Assembly (NCBI GenBank): GCA_024276395.1
Contig: JAJRXH010000754.1
Span: 1-36,252 of the forward strand
Direction of reading: 5' to 3'
Length of the DNA stretch: 36,252 nt
Origin: an archaeon
GTDB taxonomy: Archaea > Asgardarchaeota > Heimdallarchaeia > Hodarchaeales > S146-22
The notes below the pieces were generated by a model. That model was given only the letters and a program-made list of their open reading frames with translations. It searched no databases and was not told where the DNA came from. Of this stretch, positions 26,401-33,770 are shown one piece after another. Position 1 is the stretch's first letter; each line of letters starts with the position of its first letter. Position numbers and translations under genes: made by a program.

Positions 26401-26928
26401 TCCCTTAAAACCATCAAGAATCTGCTGCAAGGTTGGACCAACAAAGCCGACCATCAAGGCTTGTTCTGATCCGGCTTTTGCTAGTACACCTTGATAGGCC
26501 GGGTTAATGTTGATGATCTTGTCAGAAAGACTACCACTGGAAAGGGAAGGCTCAAACTTATAGTAGGTATAAGTTCTGAAAGTTACTTTTTGATTATTGT
26601 CTGCAAAAGTCACGTTGAGCTTACGATCATATTGTTGGAAGACATAAGGACCTAATTCCTCAAAAACTGGTTTGTCTCCATTGATATATCCGCCGGGATT
26701 AGTAAGATTCCACAAGTAAAATTTCTTGTATTTTGGAACATCACCAGGATCTTCGTTAGTAATCCAATCTTGATAATTTGGATCTTGTTTACCATCGATC
26801 ACCAAGGTATCTTCGATTCCTTTATTGAGCTGATTCTTGATCTCATTGTTAACAATGAGGCCACCACCAATGGACCCCAAACCTAATAATAATAGAACAA
26901 CACCAGCAATTAACTGCATTCTAACCAA
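23422..26928 (-). CDS. CD36 / LIMP-2 / SR-B scavenger-receptor family (PF01130-like) membrane glycoprotein with ~700-aa repeat-containing insertion
   Basis: It has N- and C-terminal TM helices. Conserved CD36 blocks include FYLWNLTNP...[52 protein letters not shown]...[26 protein letters not shown] and [8 protein letters not shown]. TTG 26928 lies 6 nt after AAGGTGA; the alternative ATG is at 26919. Confidence 0.85.
   Translation of the reverse strand: [1168 protein letters not shown]
24313..25062 (-). repeat. Two tandem ~375-bp (125-aa) intragenic repeat units inside the CD36-like gene
   Basis: Residues 623-747 and 748-872 are near-identical (FAS.[36 protein letters not shown]...[35 protein letters not shown]). 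The DNA shares identical runs of up to about 36 bp, for example cccagtactctggatagcctgacaaggtcggatcaa. Confidence 0.9.
25444..26142 (-). repeat. Two more diverged ~140-aa intragenic repeat modules of the CD36-like gene
   Basis: [34 protein letters not shown]...[26 protein letters not shown] aligns with [34 protein letters not shown]...[26 protein letters not shown]. Confidence 0.75.
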
Positions 26929-27475
26929 TAGAATTCACCTTTTCACGGGAAATATAACAGCATATTATAGCCAAATAAAGCTTATAAACCGTTCTCTCAC
27001 GTGACTTTAAAAGTATTTTTCCGTCAAGAACCAGCAATCATGAAGACCATCTGATGCATGATGTATCTGTAGAAGTCCAGATAAAATCAGCAAGACTGAG
27101 AACACAGATTGCACCACATAACTTCTGATTCAAACAAATTCAAGAAAGTCTAATGAATTGTAGATATCATTTATTTAATCGACATTTCACCCATTAAAAA
27201 GACATGAAATGTCGACAAAATGTTGCCAACAAGAGAGCAAGACACATAGAAAAGAAAACAATCAATGATGTTTATCATAAATTCAAAAAACAAAAAGATT
27301 CCTCAACAATCAAAAATATGGCACAAGAAGATATCCTCATTAATATCCAATTCCTTTAAACAAGTAACCTCAAGAAAAAAGGACAGAATAATGAAAAAAA
27401 TTTTAATTTACTCTAATTAGAACTCAAATCATTCTCTTGAATGGTCTTATTAGATTCTCGTCGATCTTACTTCAT

Positions 27476-27913
27476 TTATTTAATCAAACGTTCGATATCT
27501 TCAATGATCGGCTTCAAATCTGACCTTCTTCGTGAGAGGGCATCATATAACCGACGAGCACTTCTACGCAACACTCTAATGGCCAAGCCAAGAGAATGCA
27601 CGTCACGTGATGCACCAACTAGAATGTAATCACCAGCATTAGAAAAAATGGTATATCCATCCTCTCCTCTTACCACGACCTCATAAAGTTTGCCTGTTGT
27701 CATTCCCTCTGTAACCATATTAGCCGTATTAGATACTGCTGCTGTAAGAGCCGAAAATAGATCCGCATCTGATTCTCTATTTGAATAAAAGGCGATGGAC
27801 TCGCCAGTTCTTGTCGCAACGGCTAATGCTTCCAAGCTGGCATGTCGCACGATTTCCCGCAAGATTTGAATGAGCTGTCGTTTTTGTTCTGGGGTGAGTT
27901 GTGCTCCATTCAT
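27476..27913 (-). CDS. Roadblock/LC7 (MglB-like) domain protein
   Basis: LREIVRHASLEALAVATRTGESIAFYSN...FSALTAAVSNTANMVTEGM..GKLYEVVVRGEDGYTIFSNAGDYILVGAS is the typical Roadblock/LC7 alpha-beta-alpha pattern. Confidence 0.75.
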   Translation of the reverse strand: MNGAQLTPEQKRQLIQILREIVRHASLEALAVATRTGESIAFYSNRESDADLFSALTAAVSNTANMVTEGMTTGKLYEVVVRGEDGYTIFSNAGDYILVGASRDVHSLGLAIRVLRRSARRLYDALSRRRSDLKPIIEDIERLIK

Positions 27914-27988
27914 TTTCCATGCACTCTCTAACTGATAAATAACTCTTCTAAGGAAGTAATGATTCTAACACTTAAAAAGCCTTTCACA

Positions 27989-28870
27989 TCATGCTCTCAG
28001 ATATGGTAACCACTTGGGATCAGAAAAGAGTCGTTCAACAAAATAAATGAACAAATCGTTCACGCTCAACCGAACATTTCCCTGCGAATAACACTCCCAA
28101 ATAGAAGGGAGAGTTTGTCGAAGAAAATCTTGGAATTGATCAAGGTAATGCGTTAGATTTGTTGATTGCGTGCTACTTTCCATCACGTCTCCTTGATGAC
28201 GAAGATCACCATTTGCCTCTATTGGACTAGCTGTATCTTGTGAGGTTGATTCAAGCAAGTCTCTCTTTAATTCACGTGTCAGGGAGGTCGTTGAAATGGA
28301 AGCATTTCCTCGTGACGGAGAATACAATCGTAATTGTTGTCGTCTATTCCATTCTCTATAGAGTTCCTTCAAGAAATCTGGAAATAAACTAGGCTCTTCT
28401 TGAAAAATCTGGGAAATTCGCTGATAAACAAGATCATACAAACGTTTTCTAAGATTTTCACCTCGTGCCAAAAACAAAAGTCCCCATATTGGCAATGATA
28501 ATAATAGAGCTGCTTGCATCAAGGTCTGAATGCCATCAGATGTTGATAACAATGATAATGAAAAGACTTGCTCTGGATTCCAGAGAAAGGAAATTAGAAA
28601 CATCAATGCAATGCCATTAATGACAAGAAAGACGCCAAATCGACCATGTCTTAACAAGAGAGAAGAGAGATATCCCACGTTAGCCAGGAGACGGGCATTC
28701 CGGGTAAGAGCACGAGATGTGCGCTGTGTGAGATATGCATAATTACCCATCATAACAAGATGGGAAAAAATAATAAGCATCGACGGGGTAATGACGAATA
28801 AACGCGATACGAAATAAAATAACGGTAAGATCATTAAATCGATCACAACTAATGGGGGAATTCTCCTCAT
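27989..28870 (-). CDS. Hypothetical membrane protein (about 4 TM N-terminal half, soluble C-terminal half)
   Basis: Hydrophobic helices span residues ~5-135, followed by a charged or disordered linker. It lies 75 nt upstream of the Roadblock gene on the same strand. Confidence 0.5.
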   Translation of the reverse strand: MRRIPPLVVIDLMILPLFYFVSRLFVITPSMLIIFSHLVMMGNYAYLTQRTSRALTRNARLLANVGYLSSLLLRHGRFGVFLVINGIALMFLISFLWNPEQVFSLSLLSTSDGIQTLMQAALLLSLPIWGLLFLARGENLRKRLYDLVYQRISQIFQEEPSLFPDFLKELYREWNRRQQLRLYSPSRGNASISTTSLTRELKRDLLESTSQDTASPIEANGDLRHQGDVMESSTQSTNLTHYLDQFQDFLRQTLPSIWECYSQGNVRLSVNDLFIYFVERLFSDPKWLPYLRA

Positions 28871-29058
28871 CTACTTTTATCCTCCAACATAATCTAGCAA
28901 GAAAGAACTCGCAAGGAATGCCATAAATGATTCAAAGAAACTTGAACTGAAGTTAAATGAAGATCGAAATTACAATTGTAAAAGGCATAAAAAATGAAAA
29001 TAATCATTGAATCTGATCCAAGCCAATTTTCCAATGTTTAGGAAGCCAGAGAACCTTT

Positions 29059-29499
29059 TCACGGTTCTTGAGACACATTTGGATATTCATATGGAACAAA
29101 TTTATATCCATAACGAAGCACTGAATCATCAGATGCAGCGCCGTACTTTCTAAAGGCATACCGAACCTTCATTCCAGTTTTCACTCGTGAAAAAGGAACC
29201 CCTACTATTTGGCCAATTACCCGATGACCATCTTCAAGTTCAATAAGTGCAACAATGTAGGGAACTTCATCCTCACGATGCTCTTGAGCCATGTGTACCT
29301 CTGAAAAACTAATGACCTTGCCCACGCGACTAACGGGCCTCTCGCCTCGTGTTTTGACACCACAGTCAAGACACAAAGGACGTGGTGGGAAATACACGCT
29401 ACCACATTCTGGACATTCACGTCCAGAAAACCGATAACGGTGCCCAATCGTTCTCCAATATAAAGGAATAGAATCTTCTACCATTGATTTCACCACCAT
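29059..29499 (-). CDS. DUF35 OB-fold/zinc-ribbon protein (scaffold of the archaeal thiolase/HMG-CoA synthase complex)
   Basis: Zinc ribbon CPECGSVYFPPRPLCLDCG followed by an OB-fold segment (GKVISFSEVH...YIVALIELEDG.RVIGQIV). Confidence 0.85.
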   Translation of the reverse strand: MVVKSMVEDSIPLYWRTIGHRYRFSGRECPECGSVYFPPRPLCLDCGVKTRGERPVSRVGKVISFSEVHMAQEHREDEVPYIVALIELEDGHRVIGQIVGVPFSRVKTGMKVRYAFRKYGAASDDSVLRYGYKFVPYEYPNVSQEP

Positions 29500-29545
29500 T
29501 TAATAATAACCATCTTAATTATATTAGATAAATAATAAGTCACTA

Positions 29546-30754
29546 TCACTCATCAATAGTCAAAACGTTAACCAAAGCTGTCGCTCCAGTTCCTCCTAGT
29601 GACTGTGCCACACCCACCTTTGCATCTTTTATCTGTCTCTTACCAGCTTTCCCCAGCAATTGCAGGCATAACTCCACGATCTGCCCAACACCTGTAGCAC
29701 CAAGAGGATGTCCTTTGGCTTTAAGACCTCCTGAAGGACTAACTGGCAACGAGCCATTTAAAGAAGTTTCACCTTCGAATGTGGCTAATGCTGCCTTTCC
29801 AGGTTGATAAAAGCCCATTGACTCCAAAGCAATGAGTTCAGCAATGCTGAATGAGTCATGCGCCTCGATTACATCCACTTGTTCTCTTGGGTTGGTAATG
29901 CCCGCTTGCTTAAATGCCATTTTAGCTGCTTTCTTAACGGCTTCAAAAGTGGTCAGTGATTCCCGTGAATGCAATGCTAGATAGTCTTGTCCTTGTCCAG
30001 ATCCTTTTATCCACACGGGACTATCAGAATACTCTGGAATCTTCTCATCCGCTGCGAGTATGACCACGCTAGCTCCATCCGTAACTGGAGAGCAATCTAG
30101 AAGTCCTAAAGGATCTGCCACGATCTGTGATTTCAAAACTTGCTCTCGTGTAAATGCTCTCTTGAAATGGGCATTCGGGTTCAAGGTGGCATTAAAATGA
30201 TTTTTTTCCGGGACTGCGGATAGGTGTTCCTTATTCACTCCAAATTCTTCGAAGTACGCTCTCGCCATCATTGCAAATGCTGATGTATAAGTCAAGCCAG
30301 GCTCTACTTCCCAATCATGATCAAGCATTGTATTTGCCAAGATACTGGTCACTCGTGGATTACTTGTTTGATCCCACATCTTTTCTACTCCCACGACCAT
30401 GGCCGTATCAATCATTCCCGACTTCACGGCCAAATAAGCAGCTCTTAACGCTGCAGCACCTGAGGCGTCCGCAGCCTCTATCCGAAAACTAGGCACGTTC
30501 AAGAGGCCAGCTGCATCTGCAACCAACGCATTTACGTGTCCTTGTCCCACGAACATCTCCGCAGCAGCGTTACCGACAAACAAGGCACCAACATCGCCTT
30601 TATCAAAGCCACCTTTTTGAACGGAATCAAAAGCCACTTCTATCGCTAAAGAAGCTAACTCTCGCAACGATAAATCCCAATGTTCACCATAAGGGATTTC
30701 ACCTAGTCCAATGATTCCAACTTCATTCTTGCGAGTTGACATGATCATCACCAA
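29546..30754 (-). CDS. Archaeal-type thiolase-fold protein (acetoacetyl-CoA thiolase family) with Asp in place of the nucleophilic Cys
   Basis: The full length resembles archaeal thiolases (GIIGLGEIPYGEHW, VGVEKM, CSPVTDGASVVIL, NPSGGLKAKGHPLGATG). The conserved EAACASG motif reads EAADASG. The start may be ATG 30742 (MSTRK). Confidence 0.8.
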   Translation of the reverse strand: MVMIMSTRKNEVGIIGLGEIPYGEHWDLSLRELASLAIEVAFDSVQKGGFDKGDVGALFVGNAAAEMFVGQGHVNALVADAAGLLNVPSFRIEAADASGAAALRAAYLAVKSGMIDTAMVVGVEKMWDQTSNPRVTSILANTMLDHDWEVEPGLTYTSAFAMMARAYFEEFGVNKEHLSAVPEKNHFNATLNPNAHFKRAFTREQVLKSQIVADPLGLLDCSPVTDGASVVILAADEKIPEYSDSPVWIKGSGQGQDYLALHSRESLTTFEAVKKAAKMAFKQAGITNPREQVDVIEAHDSFSIAELIALESMGFYQPGKAALATFEGETSLNGSLPVSPSGGLKAKGHPLGATGVGQIVELCLQLLGKAGKRQIKDAKVGVAQSLGGTGATALVNVLTIDE

Positions 30755-30915
30755 CTTTAACCCAACTAAAGGTTAATGTCACTTATATTTAACTCACGAT
30801 ACCTATCATAATCTTCATTCAATAGAATTTGGTCCATTCACAAGCTTAACTGAATGCTACAATCTTTAGTTAACTCCATTCTCACGAAAATAATAAATGA
30901 ACCTTGCCATCTCAT

Positions 30916-30949
30916 TTCCACACCATCTGGTATTCCACACCATCTGGTA
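30916..30949. repeat. Perfect 17-bp tandem duplication
   Basis: ttccacaccatctggta occurs twice. Confidence 0.95.
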
Positions 30950-30990
30950 CTGGAAAGCCCTTGTTCAACCTAATCTTCCTCTTTTCATTA

Positions 30991-31016
30991 TACATCGCCG
31001 CATTACATCGCCGCAT
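30991..31016. repeat. Perfect 13-bp tandem duplication
   Basis: tacatcgccgcat occurs twice. Confidence 0.9.
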
Positions 31017-31214
31017 CGCAAAGCATTTTCTACGTGAATCTCCAGTGTCCTCAACATTTACCTAATCAATAATGCTTTGGTAGATTATCGTTCAAGATCG
31101 TGGCTCAAATGACAAGTCACTCATTATCTAAAAATAAAAAATGCCAAAGAATTGACGAATTGATTGTCCTCTGACATCAAAGAACTTCAATGACAACATT
31201 CTTTCTCTAACTTG

Positions 31215-32303
31215 CTACTCTCGTTCATGCTCTACGATTTTTCCTCTAATCTTCGCATATTCAGCATATGTAATGTTTTTCTTGTTGTTAATGTATTCAT
31301 CCACGGTTGGAGCTCTATCACGACGATCTTCAATTTCATCAGTAATTACAAAGCTGAAACTATCACTGCCTGCACCAGAACCAAAACTTGTCACTAGGAT
31401 ACGATCACCCTCCTTGGCCACATCCAGTACCCTTGCTAAACCCACCATTGATGCTCCAGAATAAGTATTACCAATGTATCTCACGGCCAGGGAGCGTTCG
31501 ACCTTCTCCAGTGGAAAACCTAACATCTTGGCAGCAGCAATCGGAAACTTCCCATTAGGCTGATGAAATACAACATAATCAACATCTTGGACAGTTAATC
31601 CCAGTCTCTCCATTAGTCCTCGTGTTGCTGAAACGACATGCTTGAAATATGCAGGTTTTCCAGTAAAACGTGAGCCATGACGAGGAAACATCTGACCAGG
31701 TCTTCTAAAGAAATCTGGAGTATCAGTCGTAAATGAATAAGTTCCTTCCAATTCAGCAATCACATGATCCGTTCCTATTAAGAAGGCCGCCCCCCCAGCC
31801 CCTGCCGTGTATTCAAGGGCATCACCAGGTCGGCCCTGAGAACAATCTGCACCTATGGCCATTCCATACCTGATCTGACCAGATACCGTCATCCCAGCTA
31901 TCATTTGCATTCCAGCAGTGCCAGCCTTGCAAGCAAATTCGAGATCTGCACACGTACAATGCGGGGCCGAACCGATAGCCTCAGCAACTGTTACTGCTGT
32001 GGGCTTAACAGCATAGGGATGAGACTCAGACCCCACATAAATGGCACCCACATCTTGAGGACTAATGAAAGGAACTTGTTTCATTGCATTCAAGGCAGCC
32101 TCGACAGAGATGGTAATGGTATCTTCATCAATATCTGGAACAGATTTCTCAATCACGTTGAGACCTTTACTGAGACTTTTACCATCTTCATTCCAGACAC
32201 GAGCTATCTCTTCAACAGACACTCGCAAGCGTGGAATGTACACGCCATAAGCAACAATACCAACTGGCATTTCAAAATCACTTCCCATTCTTTCCTTTTT
32301 CAT
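31215..32303 (-). CDS. Hydroxymethylglutaryl-CoA synthase (archaeal type)
   Basis: [35 protein letters not shown] (Glu), [12 protein letters not shown] (Cys), FHQPNGKF (His) and GNTYSGA. It is near-colinear with methanogen HMGCS as I recall it. Confidence 0.9.
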   Translation of the reverse strand: MKKERMGSDFEMPVGIVAYGVYIPRLRVSVEEIARVWNEDGKSLSKGLNVIEKSVPDIDEDTITISVEAALNAMKQVPFISPQDVGAIYVGSESHPYAVKPTAVTVAEAIGSAPHCTCADLEFACKAGTAGMQMIAGMTVSGQIRYGMAIGADCSQGRPGDALEYTAGAGGAAFLIGTDHVIAELEGTYSFTTDTPDFFRRPGQMFPRHGSRFTGKPAYFKHVVSATRGLMERLGLTVQDVDYVVFHQPNGKFPIAAAKMLGFPLEKVERSLAVRYIGNTYSGASMVGLARVLDVAKEGDRILVTSFGSGAGSDSFSFVITDEIEDRRDRAPTVDEYINNKKNITYAEYAKIRGKIVEHERE

Positions 32304-32418
32304 GATGATTGTAAGTGTCGTGCTTATCTTCTTGAGTGGAAAATATCTTTTAAGGCTTCAACCCAACCGTTATATCTTTCCCTTTATATTACCTTTGGTA
32401 TCATCGCAACCACGTGCC

Positions 32419-33210
32419 TCAGGAAGATTGCTTCTTTTTCTTCCATGATCCATAGACGCCCAATCCAAGATATGATGTTAGTAATAAAGCAAAGAACCAA
32501 ATATTATAAATGAGTATGTCTGGATTCGGAGGAGGATTTTCGACAAGGCTAAAAGTCAAGTTAAAAGGCAAGGTTAACTCATGAATTTCCGCCAACGTAT
32601 ATTGCGGTAAGGTAACCTGGGCTTTCACTTGAATGATGTAGGCACCATACTCCGGAAGAACAACATCAAATTCGATGCTTCCAGTATAACTGCCACCTGG
32701 TGGCACTAGAATATCAAAGGGCTCCTTATCACGGAATGTATGGGCATAAGATTGAATAGAGGCAACCGTCCCATTAGGATATTCCCGCAAGATGTTTACA
32801 TCATACTCTAGTACCGCCATTGAACTATTAAGCATAAAATTTTGGATGACTGCATCGATGCGCAAGCGACTTTCATTATAAAGAGAGGGTAGTCGAAGAG
32901 GATCTTCAAAATTCAGATCTAGCGGATCTTTAAAGGACTCCGACTGGTTGGCAATATAAACTCGTAATCCACGAAATTCCACGATGTTACTCAATTCTTG
33001 TTGATAGGACTCTGGAATCACGATAAAAGTATCTTGAACAGCTAGAGAACCTTGGGAGATGATGGCTGAATTGTATTGACTTGACTCTACTGAAGAATCA
33101 TCAAATGACGACAACATGATTTCTTCAGAAACAGATACTGCTAGAAAAGGCACGGAAACTGTCAACATGAATACAATCGTCAGGAACATGAATTCTTTCA
33201 CTAGTTTCAT
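32419..33210 (-). CDS. Type-I membrane / surface glycoprotein (signal peptide, beta-rich ectodomain, C-terminal TM anchor, Lys-rich tail)
   Basis: MKLVKEFMFLTIVFMLTVSVPFLAVS is a signal-like N-terminus. It has several N-x-S/T sequons and the C-terminal ILIYNIWFFALLLTSYLGLGVYG followed by SWKKKKQSS. I chose ATG 33210; the track ORF extends to 33276. Confidence 0.55.
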   Translation of the reverse strand: MKLVKEFMFLTIVFMLTVSVPFLAVSVSEEIMLSSFDDSSVESSQYNSAIISQGSLAVQDTFIVIPESYQQELSNIVEFRGLRVYIANQSESFKDPLDLNFEDPLRLPSLYNESRLRIDAVIQNFMLNSSMAVLEYDVNILREYPNGTVASIQSYAHTFRDKEPFDILVPPGGSYTGSIEFDVVLPEYGAYIIQVKAQVTLPQYTLAEIHELTLPFNLTFSLVENPPPNPDILIYNIWFFALLLTSYLGLGVYGSWKKKKQSS

Positions 33211-33770
33211 TCTCGTGTCACCCACATGAAAATCAACGTTCTTGTCTCTCAATCTTCTACATGATCGAATGTACAAGGAAATCTGGACAATAATTGCCCA
33301 TTTTTAATGATTTCACGTTTTCTTGTATTTTTCCCAGAAAGATGACCTTAAAGCCATTCTTAGCAGACATTTACAATTCATCAGCAATTACAATACTTTA
33401 TAAGAAACCATCCTCATAGATGCTCCAAGCAACCTTTCATGGTCTTCATTTTGCTTTGCTAGATGATTGATACTTGGTTTATCTTCTTTCATTCATCACG
33501 ATTTAAACCAAACGAAGCCTACCTCTGTTATTTTCTCATTAAACTAAATGTTAAATGAATCAAATAAATAAAAATTGAAATTAAAATAAACTTAATATAA
33601 TATAAAACGATTAATAAAGAGAGTAAAGCACTGATTTAAAGCCATTTTGATATAAAAATATTATATATTAAAATTAATAATTATTTTTCTCATAACCTTT
33701 CATCAACTCAAACATCAAGGGCACTCTGCTCACTTCAGGATGATTTCCCAAAGCATGATTAGCTAGCTCA

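Noticed and set aside
23422-26928. Eukaryotic contamination or chimeric contig as an explanation for the CD36-like gene
   Set aside because: It cannot be excluded without reads. However, the gene is intronless, shares the window's composition and has a Shine-Dalgarno-like AAGGTGA before its start. It is also flanked on both sides within a few kb by clearly archaeal genes on the same strand.
33530-33690. Replication origin call
   Set aside because: Only the AT-rich DUE-like feature is present. There are no ORB-type repeats and no orc1/cdc6 gene, so I kept it as a low-interest note only.
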